Positions 13,149 through 24,672 are shown, counted from the first letter of the stretch. The stretch: 64,000 nt of DNA from Thiotrichales bacterium (GCA_016938655.1 JAFGUG010000067.1:18247-82246); one strand, 5' to 3'. Program-made: numbers and translations. Notes: generated from the letters alone by a model not told the origin.

Positions 13149-13239
13149 TTAAGATTGCCGCACAGCATCTCAGATTAAAATTGTAAACCTGAGATGTGAT
13201 ACCCACTTCGCTCAGCTCGCGCTGAGGTCAGTTTCTTAA
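13149..13239 (-). ncRNA. Candidate structured 5' leader RNA (family not recognised)
   Basis: Minus strand: TTAAGA/TCTTAA closing stem, CTCAGC-GCGA-GCTGAG GNRA hairpin, CATCTCAG/CTGAGATG stem. Begins just after TATAAT (13257-13252). Confidence 0.5.
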
Positions 13240-13314
13240 ATTACGTAAGTTATTATACAAAATAAAACCCATACGCATACTGTACTTTAGTACATATTAG
13301 CAACTACTTAAGTA

Positions 13315-13863
13315 CTACTCCTCAGCTTTAAAAAGATATTTTCGATAGTGTTTCAACTCATCGATAGACTCCAAAATGTCCTCCAATGCTAAGTGTGCGC
13401 CACTTTTTTGATGAGATTGGTAAACTTTTGGCGACCACCTACGTGCCAACTCTTTAAGCGTACTAACATCTAAATTTCGGTAGTGAAAAAACGATTCTAA
13501 AAGGGGCATCTGTTCGACCATAAATCGGCGATCTTGACAGATGCTATTGCCACACATTGGTGATTTGCCATTGGGCACATATTGCTTCAAAAACTCAAGC
13601 GTCACATGTTCGGCCTCTTTAATACTTACCTGACTCTCTTGAACACGTTTCGTCAATCCCGACTTTCCATGATGGGTGGTGCACCAATCATCCATCAAAT
13701 CTAAGCAGGCCTGCTCAGTTTGAATCGCAATCACCGGTCCTTCAGCTAATATGTTTAATTGACTGTCAGTAACAACCGTTGCAATTTCAATAATCCGATG
13801 ACGTTTAGGATCCAAACCGGTCATTTCAAGATCAATCCAGATTAAATTTTTATCTGATTTCAT
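13315..13863 (-). CDS. orn: Oligoribonuclease
   Basis: [30 protein letters not shown] and HLALEDI motifs. Confidence 0.97.
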   Translation of the reverse strand: MKSDKNLIWIDLEMTGLDPKRHRIIEIATVVTDSQLNILAEGPVIAIQTEQACLDLMDDWCTTHHGKSGLTKRVQESQVSIKEAEHVTLEFLKQYVPNGKSPMCGNSICQDRRFMVEQMPLLESFFHYRNLDVSTLKELARRWSPKVYQSHQKSGAHLALEDILESIDELKHYRKYLFKAEE

Positions 13864-13952
13864 AATGCATTCTCATTTCCAAAAAATTTCACTTACAATA
13901 TACGGCTATCTTAACGCAATTAACTTAGAACCCATAAACAGTAGATAAACAT

Positions 13953-15236
13953 ATGAACTGGATCACCCAACTTTTTCTTACCGCTTTAATACTGAATCTC
14001 ATGATTGAAGTCTGGTTAAACATCAAAAACCAATTTCATATCGGCTTAAATCGTGCAAAAGTGCCTGAAGAGTTCAGCGACGTGGTGACCTTGGAAGCGC
14101 ACCAAAAAGCCGCTGATTACAGTCGGGCAAAACTTAAGTTGGGGCGTATGTCACTGTTTTTTGATGCTGCCATTTTAGGTTTCATGACGGTTGGCGGTGG
14201 CTTTCAAGAAATTTACAACTTCTGGCTTGGTATGCAACTGGACGCCCTTTGGCGGGATATTGCTTTCTTACTATCAACATTGTGGTTACTCTCTTTATTG
14301 CACCTGCCATTTTCGATTATCAGCACCTTTCGAATTGAAGAACAGTTTGGGTTTAACAAAACCACCCCAATGAACTTTATCACTGATCTTTTAAAACAGT
14401 GGGCATTAATGATTGTGTTAGGCCTACCGCTTATTTGGGTTGTACTGTCGATTATGACCGCTTTTATTGATGATGCTTGGTGGTTATATACGTGGGTAGT
14501 TTGGATGGGCTTTCAGTTCTTACTGCTCTGGGCTTATCCAAAATGGATTGCGCCCATCTTCAACAAGTTCAGCCCGCTTGAAGATGGGGAAATGAAACAA
14601 CGTATTGAAGCGCTTTTAGAAAGAACTGGCTTTGAATCCAATGGCATTTTTGTTATGGATGGTTCTTCTCGTTCTGGACACGGTAATGCCTACTTTACAG
14701 GCATGGGAAAAAACAAACGTATTGTGTTTTTTGACACGTTATTAGAAAAGTTAAGCCCTGAAGAGGTCGAAGCAGTCCTAGCGCACGAACTCGGACACTT
14801 TAAACACGGTCATATTAAAAAACGCCTAATTGAAAGCACCGTTCTAACATTAGCAGGCTTAGCACTATTAGGCTGGCTGGTTCAGCTTCCAGAATTTTAT
14901 TCTGGTCTTGGCATGACCTCTCAAACCCCTGTTGCCGCCCTGCTCCTATTTATGACAGCGGTTCCTACTCTGTTCTTTTTTATGGGGCCCTTAAGTGCAC
15001 TTAAAAGTCGCAAACATGAATTTGAAGCCGATGCTTTTGCAGCACAGCATGTGGGTTCGCAGCATCTCGTATCCGCACTTTTAAAAATGTACCGTGACAA
15101 TGCCAGCACCTTAACGCCAGACCCAGGCTATTCCGCTTATCACGATAGTCATCCGCCTGCTAAAATTCGCATTGATCATTTAAACTCTTTGCCCCCGATG
15201 GCAAAAGACAATTCTTTGGAGGTAAAACAACCATGA
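13953..15236 (+). CDS. M48 family (Ste24-like) integral membrane metallopeptidase
   Basis: DGSSRSGHGNAYFTG, AHELGH, HEFEAD and SHPP motifs; multiple TM helices. Confidence 0.93.
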   Translation: MNWITQLFLTALILNLMIEVWLNIKNQFHIGLNRAKVPEEFSDVVTLEAHQKAADYSRAKLKLGRMSLFFDAAILGFMTVGGGFQEIYNFWLGMQLDALWRDIAFLLSTLWLLSLLHLPFSIISTFRIEEQFGFNKTTPMNFITDLLKQWALMIVLGLPLIWVVLSIMTAFIDDAWWLYTWVVWMGFQFLLLWAYPKWIAPIFNKFSPLEDGEMKQRIEALLERTGFESNGIFVMDGSSRSGHGNAYFTGMGKNKRIVFFDTLLEKLSPEEVEAVLAHELGHFKHGHIKKRLIESTVLTLAGLALLGWLVQLPEFYSGLGMTSQTPVAALLLFMTAVPTLFFFMGPLSALKSRKHEFEADAFAAQHVGSQHLVSALLKMYRDNASTLTPDPGYSAYHDSHPPAKIRIDHLNSLPPMAKDNSLEVKQP

Positions 15237-15586
15237 GCTTGACGCAACAAACAGCGGCTGAACTTGCAAACCAACATTGCGAAGAGATAACCAAAGGCAG
15301 TAAATCGTTAATCATCCCAGCAATAGAGAGTAATCTAAGCCAACTTGAAGGTTGGGATGCCCCACTTAACTATGCCGAAATAAATAAAACATTTAGCTTT
15401 AAAAACTATCAACAGACCATCGCTTTTGTCAATGCCATTACCTGGCTTGCAAACCGTGAAGACCATCATCCTGAAATTTGTTTTGGCTACAACCAGTGTA
15501 AAGTGCGCTTAACCACACACAGTGCAAAAGGGTTAACAATGAATGACATGATAATGGCCGCCAAAATTAACGCTCTCCTTGACTAA
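15233..15586 (+). CDS. phhB: Pterin-4-alpha-carbinolamine dehydratase
   Basis: EDHHPEI and TTHSAKGLTMND motifs. Confidence 0.88.
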   Translation: MSLTQQTAAELANQHCEEITKGSKSLIIPAIESNLSQLEGWDAPLNYAEINKTFSFKNYQQTIAFVNAITWLANREDHHPEICFGYNQCKVRLTTHSAKGLTMNDMIMAAKINALLD

Positions 15587-15602
15587 AGGTATCTAACCTC
15601 CC

Positions 15603-16652
15603 ATGGCCAAACGCAAACTGAGTACCCAACAAAAACGTCGTGTTAGTGGTAAACGCAGTAAAACAGAACTGTCTGATCATAATCAACCACGCGTCAATGA
15701 CGATAAAAGCCTGCTTGGTCCAGAACAGCATGGGTTAGTGATTACCAGCTTTGGTAAACGTGTACTGGTAGAGTCGGACACGGGCGAAACTTACAAATGT
15801 GCAATTCGTCAGCATCTGGGCAAGCTGGTTGCTGGGGACGAAGTCATTTGGCAGACAGACATGGAAGACAATAGTGGTGTGGTCGTCAGTGTTCACCCAA
15901 GAACCCATGAACTTAGCAGGCCTGGTTTTAGAGGGCAAACACGCATGGTTGCGGCTAACGTCGATTTTATAGGTGTTGTCACGCCGGTGGTGCCTGGCAT
16001 CCACCCAGATATGATTGATCGTTATCTTGTGGGCGCGAAACAACTGGACATCCCTGTTGTCATCATCATCAACAAAGTGGACCTCATTGAATCTGATGAA
16101 CAGTGGGAGGCGATTGCCGAATTACTCGAACCTTACGATGAAATGGGCATCCCGCTCATTCCAGCATCCACCATTTCTAATGAAGGGCTTGCTGAACTCA
16201 GATCATTCATGTCGAATAAGAATTCAGTTTTTGTTGGCCCCTCTGGAGCAGGTAAATCCTCTTTAATTAATGCTTTAATTCCAGATTTAGATATTCGAGT
16301 GGGTAAACTTTCAGAAGCTTCTGGTTTAGGTAAACACACCACAACCAATAGCATTCTGTATCACCTACCTGAATCGCAGCCTAACTTAAATGACGGCGGA
16401 AACCTAATTGACTCCCCTGGAATCAGACAGTTTAGCCCAATGCCCTGCTCGCTCTCTGAGCTCGAAAGTATGTATCCTGATTTTGAAAACTTTTTAGGTC
16501 AATGTCGCTTTAATAACTGTACTCACACCATTGAACCCGCCTGTGCTATCAAAGACGCGGTTGAAGGTGGTGAAATCAGTTATTCACGTTTTCAAAGTTT
16601 TCAACGTTTACGTGAAGAGTTTAAAGCCAGCGAACTCAGCACCAATGCTTAA
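15603..16652 (+). CDS. rsgA: Small ribosomal subunit biogenesis GTPase RsgA
   Basis: Circularly permuted GTPase (NKVD, GPSGAGKSS, GKHTT, DSPG) with a CRFNNCTHxxEPAC zinc finger. Confidence 0.96.
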   Translation: MAKRKLSTQQKRRVSGKRSKTELSDHNQPRVNDDKSLLGPEQHGLVITSFGKRVLVESDTGETYKCAIRQHLGKLVAGDEVIWQTDMEDNSGVVVSVHPRTHELSRPGFRGQTRMVAANVDFIGVVTPVVPGIHPDMIDRYLVGAKQLDIPVVIIINKVDLIESDEQWEAIAELLEPYDEMGIPLIPASTISNEGLAELRSFMSNKNSVFVGPSGAGKSSLINALIPDLDIRVGKLSEASGLGKHTTTNSILYHLPESQPNLNDGGNLIDSPGIRQFSPMPCSLSELESMYPDFENFLGQCRFNNCTHTIEPACAIKDAVEGGEISYSRFQSFQRLREEFKASELSTNA

Positions 16653-16656
16653 CTCG

Positions 16657-16845
16657 CTACCCCTCATAGGGCTGGGAACTAAACCAAACCGAAACACCAT
16701 AAAGAAGTAAAGTCGTTCCCCAAATCGCAGCTACCCAAAATAGAAAAACCAGACCCAAATGCTGAGGTCGGTTAATCACTTTTAAGATCAACCAACTTAT
16801 CCCCGTCAAAACTAAAACAATAATCCACAGTCGAATGAACAACAC
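16657..16845 (-). CDS. Small two-TM membrane protein, unknown function
   Basis: 62-aa ORF filling the gap after rsgA, with two hydrophobic helices. Confidence 0.6.
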   Translation of the reverse strand: MLFIRLWIIVLVLTGISWLILKVINRPQHLGLVFLFWVAAIWGTTLLLYGVSVWFSSQPYEG

Positions 16846-17033
16846 ACTACCACCCTTTTATAAGTAATTATTCGCCACTAAAAAAACAGACAAGCGCTAA
16901 GCAATTAAGCATAACATTTATTTAAAAAATACTGTTTTACTGGTTTAAGCTAACTTTATCAAAGATTATCACTGAAACTTATGGTTTTATTCATGTTTTT
17001 ACCCCTTTTTAACCATTACTCAAGGTTTGCAAC

Positions 17034-17062
17034 TTGACTACCAGTGGCAATTAGCTTGTAAT
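17034..17062 (+). promoter_or_regulatory. Putative sigma70 promoter of the first cytochrome c gene
   Basis: TTGACT-17 bp-TGTAAT. Confidence 0.5.
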
Positions 17063-17116
17063 AGCCACCAGGGTAAAACCCGTCTATTTTTTTAGTGCTT
17101 ATTAGGAGAGTACATT

Positions 17117-17422
17117 ATGAAAAACACTATGATTGCTTTAGCAACTGTTGGTTTAATTTCTTTTGGTTCAGCTGCACAAGCTGGTGACGCTACTGCTGGT
17201 CAAGCTGCATACGCAACTTGTATTGGTTGTCACGGTGCTGCTGGTGAAGGTGGTGTTGGTCCTAAGCTAGCTGGTCAAGCTGCTGCTGACGTTGCGGCTA
17301 AGCTTCACGCTTACAAAAAAGGCGAGCAAGTAGGTCCAATGACTTCTATGATGGCTCCAATGGCTGCTGGTCTTTCTGACGCAGACATCGACAACATCGC
17401 TGCTTACACTGCTTCTATGTAA
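17117..17422 (+). CDS. Monoheme cytochrome c (c553/c554-like)
   Basis: Signal peptide, CIGCH, PKLAGQ, distal Met; AGGAG RBS; strong GCT/GGT codon bias. Confidence 0.95.
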   Translation: MKNTMIALATVGLISFGSAAQAGDATAGQAAYATCIGCHGAAGEGGVGPKLAGQAAADVAAKLHAYKKGEQVGPMTSMMAPMAAGLSDADIDNIAAYTASM

Positions 17423-17443
17423 TTTGATAGAAACTTTGTAAAG

Positions 17444-17479
17444 AAACCGCCTAGAGGTTCTGCCTCAGGCGGTTTTTTT
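17444..17479 (+). terminator. Rho-independent terminator
   Basis: AAACCGCCT...AGGCGGTTTTTTT. Confidence 0.85.
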
Positions 17480-17521
17480 ATGCCTGAATTTTTATCCACA
17501 GCATGTATTAAGACTCTCTAC

Positions 17522-17550
17522 TTGACCCAACTGCAAACTTCGCTTTTAAT
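17522..17550 (+). promoter_or_regulatory. Putative sigma70 promoter of the second cytochrome c gene
   Basis: TTGACC-17 bp-TTTAAT. Confidence 0.45.
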
Positions 17551-17584
17551 AATCAAGTAGTGAAATAATAACGGGAATATAAAA

Positions 17585-17887
17585 ATGAAAAAATTATTGA
17601 TTGCAACTCTTAGCACTGGTTTGTTCTTCTCTGCTACCGCTCAGGCTGCTATGGATGCGCCAGCTAAATCTAACACTTGCGTAGGTTGTCACGGTGCAGA
17701 TGGTAACAGCATGGTTCCTAACTTTCCAAAGTTAGCAGGACAACACGCCAACTATTTAGAAAAAGCACTGAAAGATTTTCGTGATGGTTTCCGTCAAGAC
17801 GCGACGATGGCTACGTTTGCAAAAGGCTTAACAGATCAAGAAATTAAAGACTTAGCCGCGTATTATGCTGCGCAAACACCTAAATAG
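17585..17887 (+). CDS. Monoheme cytochrome c (c553/c554-like)
   Basis: Signal peptide, CVGCH, PNFPKLAGQ, distal Met. Confidence 0.95.
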   Translation: MKKLLIATLSTGLFFSATAQAAMDAPAKSNTCVGCHGADGNSMVPNFPKLAGQHANYLEKALKDFRDGFRQDATMATFAKGLTDQEIKDLAAYYAAQTPK

Positions 17888-17950
17888 GTTCAGTCTTAAA
17901 ACTTTTTACAAAAGCTAGCAGGCCTGCTAGCTTTTTAATTAGCCAAATGC

Positions 17951-17980
17951 AAAAAAGGCACTCAACAGAGTGCCTTTTTT
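17951..17980. terminator. Bidirectional terminator
   Basis: AAAAAAGGCACTC-AACA-GAGTGCCTTTTTT between convergent genes. Confidence 0.88.
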
Positions 17981-18010
17981 GTGGTCAGGAGAACGTTTAA
18001 AGTTAAAAAG

Positions 18011-21000
18011 TTAAAGTAGAACCTTCTCAATTCCACCAGCTTCTAACTTTTTCGCAAACGCTTTGCTCCAGTTTTCACCGTAACGACTCTTCATTAACTC
18101 AACGACAATGTAATCTGTCTCCAAACCTGTATTGTCTTCGTAACGATTCAAACCTTGCTGACAAGCAGGACAAGATGTAAGCACTTTAACACTGCCGTCT
18201 TTCACCTTATCTTTGCCGGTTAACTCAATCAAACCTTTCTTAAGCTCGGCTTCTTTACGATAACGTAACTGATTAGCAATATCTGGACGCGCTGTGGCTA
18301 AGGTTCCTGCCTCACTGCAACAACGATCCGAAAACAGGACCTCAGCTTGCAACAAGTCTTTAGCCACGGTTGTACCATCCATCTCTTTCATAGGATCGTG
18401 ACACGGTGCATGATAGAGATACTGCTTACCAGTGGCATTTTCTAACCCTTGACCCTTTTCAGTCAAGAACTCGTGAATATCCATTAAACGACAACCAGGG
18501 AAAATACGTTGGAACTCGTACTTCGTTAACTGGTCATAACAGGTACCACAAGAGACAATGACCGTAGTAATGTCGAGATAGTTCAAAGTATTGGCTACTC
18601 GGTGGAACAGTGCACGGTTTTCAGTGGTAATCTGCGAACTCTTTTGCGCTAAACCAGCCGCAGCCTGTGGATAACCACAACATAAATAACCCGGTGGTAA
18701 TATAGTCTGAACACCTGCATCATACAGCGATGAAATGGTCGCTAAACCGATATCACTGAACAAACGCTCAGAACCACAACCCGGGAAATAAAAGACCGCT
18801 TCAGAATCTTCCGTAGTTTTATTAGGGTCACGCACAATGGGTACCTGAGTATTATCTTCAATACCAAACACACGACGGTAACTACTTTTGTTAGGGCCGG
18901 TATTAAGCGGCTTACGAACAAAGTTAATGACTTGTTGTTGAACAGGTGCAGGCGCACTGGTACTGGTTGGCAATACTGGTTTACGACTTAGCAGGCCTGT
19001 CCACTTTGCAAGTTTGTGACCCGTTGTGACCGCAATCGACCCCCAACCAATCATGGTTTTACGCAAAATTTCAATGGTTAACGGATTTTTAGTATTTAAA
19101 AAGAAAATAGCGGCCTTAACCATCCAACTGGTCTTCTTCTGCCCCATATTGGTCAAAATGGTTCGCATACGAATCGACACATCACCAAAATCGATATCAA
19201 CAGGGCACGGATTTGCACACTTATGACAAGTTGTACAATGGTCTGCTACATCGTTCATTGCATCAAAGTGATTCAATGATATTCCGCGACGAGTCTGCTC
19301 TTCGTATAAGAAAGCTTCAATGACTTGCCCGGTGGCTAAAATCTTATTTCGAGGAGAGTAGAGTAAATTTGCCGCCGGGATATGCGTTTGACAAACCGGC
19401 TTACACTTACCGCAACGCAGGCAGTCTTTAATGTCATTATTAAGCTCATCCAACTCACTGGCTTCAAGGATCAAAGCTTCCTCTTGCACCAAACTCAAAG
19501 AAGGGGTGTAGGCGTTTTGCAAACCCGAACCTGGTAATAGCTTGCCTTTGTTAAAGAACCCTTCAGGATCCACTTCGTTTTTATAGCTAACGAAGGCTTC
19601 AATTTTATCTTTTTCTAAGAACTCAAACTTGGTCAATCCAATACCATGCTCACCTGAAATCACCCCACCTAAACGGTGCGCAACTTGCATAATGCGATGA
19701 ACCAACTGGTCTGCTTCGTGCAACATTTTATAGTTACTAGAGTGCACAGGGATGTTCGTGTGAATATTCCCATCTCCTGCGTGCATATGCAAAGCAACAA
19801 ACAAACGAGCATTACGTAACTCAAAGTGTAACGATTTAAGTTTCGCCATTAAGGGTTCAAAATCATGCCCAAGGAACGTCTCTTTAAAAAACGCTAACAC
19901 TTCCGTTTTATAAGAAATGACTAAGTCTCGACGCAAGATTAAATTCAGGATTTTATCGTGATCTTGAATAAACGCTTTGGTCGTTTCAGGATACAAGTCA
20001 TCATGCTCAATCGCAGGCGAATCCAAGTTGGCGAGCACCTTAGTCCAACGATCACGAACCTGATTTAAGTGTGCACGTGTTGCGTCAACTTTACCACCAA
20101 AGAAGCTCGCAGGCCCTTTACTGTCTTCAAAGTCATCCGCCTGTTTAAACTCTTTAATGGTTTCTGAGAAATAAGTACAAATTGAGTCTAGAATTTCAAG
20201 TTTGTTCTTAATCGACATCTCAATATTGATGCGTTCAATCTCGATGTTGTACTCGTTCAAACGCTCCAACGGAATAACAACGTCTTCGTTGATTTTAAAC
20301 GCATTGGTATGCGAGGAAATGGCGGCTGTTCTGGAACGATCTAACCAAAAACGTTTACGCGCTTCTGCGCTCACAGCAATAAAGCCTTCAGCATTTCGTT
20401 TGTTAGCTAACGCAACAATTTCATTACAGGTTTGCGCAACCTCAAAGCCATTCTCACCACAAACATCGGCGAGTAAAATCATTTTAGGCAGTTCTTTACG
20501 GTTCGCTTTGGTGTTGTACTTAACCGCTTTAATGTAACGGTCATCTAAATGTTCAAGCCCAGCTAACAAAATACCTTGCTGTTTTTTCTGCTCAATAAAC
20601 TCAGTGATTTCAACAATGGCAGGCACTGCTAGACTTAAATCCGTTCCAAAAAACTCCAAACAGACCGTACGAGTATGCGTTGGCATACGATGCACCACAA
20701 AGCGTGCAGAGGTAATAATGCCGTCACACCCCTCTTTTTGAATTCCCGGTAAGCCACTTAGGAACTTATCAGTTACGTCTTTACCTAAGCCCACTTTACG
20801 GAAAGCTGACCCTGGCATATCCAAACGCCTAATCTCACCAACTTTGGTTATTCCATCGGTTTGATAACGTTGAATTTCAAAGCTGACCGTTTTTTGGTCG
20901 TGAAGCTTGCCTAAGTTATGATTGATTCGCTTAATTTCTAACCAAGTTGCATCTGGCATCACCATTTTCCATGAAGCAAGGTTATCCAGTGTAGTTCCCC

Positions 21001-21871
21001 ACAGAACGGCTTTTTTACCGCCCGCATTCATTGAAATGTTTCCACCAATACACGACGCATCTTGTGATGTTGGGTCGACAGCAAACACATAACCAAAGGC
21101 TTCTGCTTGGTCAGAAACTCGACGAGTGACAACCCCTGCTCCAGTTTGAATCGTTGGCACCTTACCAATACCTGGTAATTCAACATGTTCAACCAAACTC
21201 AAGTATTCAAGCTTTTCAGTGTTAATCACAACCGAGTCGGGGTGTAATGGAATGGCACCACCGGTATAACCGGTTCCTCCACCACGAGGAATCATCGTTA
21301 ATCCAAGCTCAATACAAGCTTTTACAATATAACCAACCTCTTCCTCAGTATCTGGCGAAACCACAACCAAAGGAAGCTCAACACGCCAGTCAGTAGCATC
21401 CGTAGCATGTGAAACACGAGCTAAACCACCAAAATCAACATTGTCATTGCGAGTAAGCTTAGATAATTTACGGCGAACTTTGGTTCGTAATTGAATTTGA
21501 TTTGGAAACCAATCGGCAAAAACTTGAACGGCGTTACGAATGGATAGCAATAAATCAGCCGCCAATTCATTACCGTTAAGTCGTTTTTCAACCTGCTTTA
21601 AGCGATGATTCAGAGCATCAATCAACGCTTGTCGGCGTTTAGCATTTTCCAGTAAATCATCCTGAATATATGGATTTCTTGTGACTACCCACATATCTCC
21701 CAACACCTCAAACAGCATTTTTGCTGAACGTCCCGTTCCACGCGAATCTCTAAGCGACTCTATGGTTTTCCAACCAGACTCGCCCAAAAATCTCAGGACA
21801 ATCTCTCTGTCAGAAAAGGAGGTATAGTTGTATGGAATTTCGCGAATGCGTTTCGCTGGATTGTGAGGCAT
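18011..21871 (-). CDS. Large FAD/Fe-S oxidoreductase (DUF3683, FAD-binding/GlcD-like, 4Fe-4S and CCG domains)
   Basis: N-terminal [15 protein letters not shown]; [26 protein letters not shown]; [11 protein letters not shown] and [11 protein letters not shown]; LCCG and RCCS. Confidence 0.9.
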   Translation of the reverse strand: MPHNPAKRIREIPYNYTSFSDREIVLRFLGESGWKTIESLRDSRGTGRSAKMLFEVLGDMWVVTRNPYIQDDLLENAKRRQALIDALNHRLKQVEKRLNGNELAADLLLSIRNAVQVFADWFPNQIQLRTKVRRKLSKLTRNDNVDFGGLARVSHATDATDWRVELPLVVVSPDTEEEVGYIVKACIELGLTMIPRGGGTGYTGGAIPLHPDSVVINTEKLEYLSLVEHVELPGIGKVPTIQTGAGVVTRRVSDQAEAFGYVFAVDPTSQDASCIGGNISMNAGGKKAVLWGTTLDNLASWKMVMPDATWLEIKRINHNLGKLHDQKTVSFEIQRYQTDGITKVGEIRRLDMPGSAFRKVGLGKDVTDKFLSGLPGIQKEGCDGIITSARFVVHRMPTHTRTVCLEFFGTDLSLAVPAIVEITEFIEQKKQQGILLAGLEHLDDRYIKAVKYNTKANRKELPKMILLADVCGENGFEVAQTCNEIVALANKRNAEGFIAVSAEARKRFWLDRSRTAAISSHTNAFKINEDVVIPLERLNEYNIEIERINIEMSIKNKLEILDSICTYFSETIKEFKQADDFEDSKGPASFFGGKVDATRAHLNQVRDRWTKVLANLDSPAIEHDDLYPETTKAFIQDHDKILNLILRRDLVISYKTEVLAFFKETFLGHDFEPLMAKLKSLHFELRNARLFVALHMHAGDGNIHTNIPVHSSNYKMLHEADQLVHRIMQVAHRLGGVISGEHGIGLTKFEFLEKDKIEAFVSYKNEVDPEGFFNKGKLLPGSGLQNAYTPSLSLVQEEALILEASELDELNNDIKDCLRCGKCKPVCQTHIPAANLLYSPRNKILATGQVIEAFLYEEQTRRGISLNHFDAMNDVADHCTTCHKCANPCPVDIDFGDVSIRMRTILTNMGQKKTSWMVKAAIFFLNTKNPLTIEILRKTMIGWGSIAVTTGHKLAKWTGLLSRKPVLPTSTSAPAPVQQQVINFVRKPLNTGPNKSSYRRVFGIEDNTQVPIVRDPNKTTEDSEAVFYFPGCGSERLFSDIGLATISSLYDAGVQTILPPGYLCCGYPQAAAGLAQKSSQITTENRALFHRVANTLNYLDITTVIVSCGTCYDQLTKYEFQRIFPGCRLMDIHEFLTEKGQGLENATGKQYLYHAPCHDPMKEMDGTTVAKDLLQAEVLFSDRCCSEAGTLATARPDIANQLRYRKEAELKKGLIELTGKDKVKDGSVKVLTSCPACQQGLNRYEDNTGLETDYIVVELMKSRYGENWSKAFAKKLEAGGIEKVLL

Positions 21872-22022
21872 AGTACTTTTAGAACTCTGTATTAAATCAA
21901 GTTAAAATTCAACCGTCTTGGAGAGACGATGAAACTAAGAATGTTAGATTTGAATTGCAAATTGTAAACGTAAGTGACATCTTAAACTATGACGTCACTC
22001 TTACTGAACAACACCAAGTAAT

Positions 22023-23444
22023 TTAAGTTCGGCGCTTTTTAACGCGTTTTTTCTTCTTTTTAAACTGTTCATCGCCATCTTTACGTCCACGACGATCTGA
22101 TAAATTATTTTTACGCCCTTCAAATGGGTTAACGGTTACTTTGTAATCAATACTTACTGGTGTACCCACCCATTTAAAAGCCTTACGAAATACATTCATT
22201 AAATACTTCGTATAAGACGCGGGCAACTTATCCACTTGTGTTCCATGAACAATCACTCTAGGTGGGTTCAAGCCCCCTAAATGTGCATAACGTAACTTGA
22301 CCCGACGACCACTAATAAGCGGTGGCTGATGTTCTAAAACGGCTTGTTCAAGTACGCGGTTCAGATCGGAGGTAGACACACGCTTCATTGCAGCTTGATA
22401 GACTTGGTTGACTGTTTTAAACAGATCACCAACGCCAGTTCCATGTAGTGCAGAAATCAAATGCTGGGTAGCGTATTCCGCAAACGACAACCTAAAACTG
22501 AGTTCGTGTTTAACTTTTTTACGCTGATCAGCGCTTAAGTTATCCCACTTGTTAATGGCCAAGACCAGCCCTCGTCCGGATTCAATAGCGAGGCCCAACA
22601 AGGTTAAATCTTGATCCGTTAACCCTTCAGACCCATCAATAACCAAAATAACAACATGTGAATCACCCATTGCTTCAATAGCTTTAACAATGCTGAACTT
22701 TTCAACTTTTTGGTTAATATTTTTACGTCGACGAACCCCAGCTGTATCAATCAAGGTATAAGACTGCCCATCTCGTTCGAACGGCACATAAATACTGTCT
22801 CGAGTTGTGCCAGGCATATCAAAGGCAACGACTCGATCTTCACCTATCATGCGATTAATTAAGGTTGATTTACCTACATTAGGGCGACCAATAACGGCTA
22901 CTCGAATTCCAGGATGATCATCAAGTTCAAGGGTCGTTTCATCCATCTTAGATGGAATTTGATCAAGCACATGGTTTACACAAACAGCAACACCATCACC
23001 GTGTGCTGATGAAATCGGCATAGGCTCACCTAGACCAAGATGGTAAAATTCTGACTTAGCAACTTCATGATCATAACCTTCTGTCTTGTTTACAACCAAC
23101 TGAACAATCTTGTCAAACTGACGCACGTAATTGGCGATGACTTCATCACCATGCGTAATACCTTGTCGACCATCTACCAAGAAAAGCACAGCATCGGCCT
23201 CTTCCAGTGCGGTTTGCACCTGGCCTGCCATTAATGGGTCAACCCCATCCTCTTCTCCACTTAAACCGCCGGTATCAACAACAATGTACTCTGAATGCCC
23301 TAAGCGACCCGTACCATATTGTCGGTCTCGAGTTAATCCAGGAAAGTCAGCCACAATCGCATCTCGCGTGCGCGTCAAACGGTTAAACAAAGTAGATTTT
23401 CCAACGTTTGGACGCCCTACTAACGCGATGACGGGTTTACTCAT
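22023..23444 (-). CDS. der: Ribosome biogenesis GTPase Der
   Basis: Two GRPNVGKS G-domains plus a C-terminal KH-like domain. Confidence 0.98.
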   Translation of the reverse strand: MSKPVIALVGRPNVGKSTLFNRLTRTRDAIVADFPGLTRDRQYGTGRLGHSEYIVVDTGGLSGEEDGVDPLMAGQVQTALEEADAVLFLVDGRQGITHGDEVIANYVRQFDKIVQLVVNKTEGYDHEVAKSEFYHLGLGEPMPISSAHGDGVAVCVNHVLDQIPSKMDETTLELDDHPGIRVAVIGRPNVGKSTLINRMIGEDRVVAFDMPGTTRDSIYVPFERDGQSYTLIDTAGVRRRKNINQKVEKFSIVKAIEAMGDSHVVILVIDGSEGLTDQDLTLLGLAIESGRGLVLAINKWDNLSADQRKKVKHELSFRLSFAEYATQHLISALHGTGVGDLFKTVNQVYQAAMKRVSTSDLNRVLEQAVLEHQPPLISGRRVKLRYAHLGGLNPPRVIVHGTQVDKLPASYTKYLMNVFRKAFKWVGTPVSIDYKVTVNPFEGRKNNLSDRRGRKDGDEQFKKKKKRVKKRRT

Positions 23445-24672
23445 GATTTACTTTTTTATCCTGTTTAACCATCTGATGTTGTGCTTTAAATTTAGCCAAG
23501 TCTGATTTTTCTATGTGGTAACTATTCAGGGTACCTTGCTGATCTAACAAGTAGATATCATCGCCATTAACCAATGCCTGTAAAACGGTGTTCTCATCGC
23601 CGTAATCATTACTGTGTTTAACACGCGCTTCAACCGTGCCGTGCAATTTATCTAGCCAATGAATATAGCCAAGTCCATCAATTGCCAACAATGAGTTTTG
23701 GTGCGTTTTCAAATCGCCTAATGATCGATTCTGTAAGGTTTTATTTACCCACAATTTGGTACCGTTCGAAACATCATAAGCATTTATATAATCGTCTTCA
23801 TCAATAGCATAGATTGCTTTTTCATCAACAACAAAATCACGATATCCAGATAAATCTTCGGCATAAAATAGGTAACCCGTTTCCAAGCTCATAGCAGCTA
23901 ACTTTCCTTGATAACCTAAGGCAACCAAACGGTTATCTCTTATCATGAGAGACGCTTGAATATCGACCATTCTCTCCAAGTCTGTTCGACCTCTTGGAAT
24001 AGCAACATCACTCTCCCAAAGACTTTTTCCTGAGTCAGCTTTAATTGCTTCAACCTTGCCAGTCTCCCAACCGACATACAATATGCCTTCGTTATAAAGA
24101 ACAGGGCTTGAACCACGTAAAGATAAACTAGGCATTTGTCGTTCATTAACCCAAATTACTTTTCCTGAAGACAAACTCAGTGCATACAAATGACCGTCAA
24201 CCGTTCTAGTGAACACTTTATTATCGGCAATCGCTGCTTTACTGACCACTTCACTCGAAAGCTGAGTTTGCCAAAGAACCTCACCTGAAGCTTGATCAAA
24301 TGCAACCACTTTACCTTTTGAGGTTCCAACTATGACATAACGTCCGTCTAAAGCTGGACCAGATAGAACTTTCTCGGATAATTGGCTTTGCCATAAAACC
24401 TGATCTGTCCAACGGCTCTGGTTCTCTATTTTAAAAGCAGCAACCATTCCCTTTTGATCTGCCGTAAAAACAGCCGTCTCATTATGAGCAATATTCAACC
24501 CCTCTCCATCAAAGACAGGCATCGCATGCAACTTAACCTGCCAGTTATGATTGATTTGTAGTGGAGAGTCAATGGGCTCTAAGGGTGCAGGAACGCGCAC
24601 CACTTTAGGTGATGAACAAGCAGTGATTCCAAGAACCAAGGTGGTGACTATTGCAGTGCGTATTACATTCAC
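23437..24672 (-). CDS. bamB: Outer membrane protein assembly factor BamB
   Basis: Lipobox (ITAC), PQQ-like beta-propeller repeats, GRTDLERMVD; lies between yfgM and der. Confidence 0.92.
   Translation of the reverse strand: MNVIRTAIVTTLVLGITACSSPKVVRVPAPLEPIDSPLQINHNWQVKLHAMPVFDGEGLNIAHNETAVFTADQKGMVAAFKIENQSRWTDQVLWQSQLSEKVLSGPALDGRYVIVGTSKGKVVAFDQASGEVLWQTQLSSEVVSKAAIADNKVFTRTVDGHLYALSLSSGKVIWVNERQMPSLSLRGSSPVLYNEGILYVGWETGKVEAIKADSGKSLWESDVAIPRGRTDLERMVDIQASLMIRDNRLVALGYQGKLAAMSLETGYLFYAEDLSGYRDFVVDEKAIYAIDEDDYINAYDVSNGTKLWVNKTLQNRSLGDLKTHQNSLLAIDGLGYIHWLDKLHGTVEARVKHSNDYGDENTVLQALVNGDDIYLLDQQGTLNSYHIEKSDLAKFKAQHQMVKQDKKVNHE

Noticed and set aside
13141-13240. TPP riboswitch (CTGAGA...ATACCC on the plus strand)
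   Set aside because: Wrong orientation for the adjacent gene, and the GAACCTGATC...GCG..GGGA half is missing.
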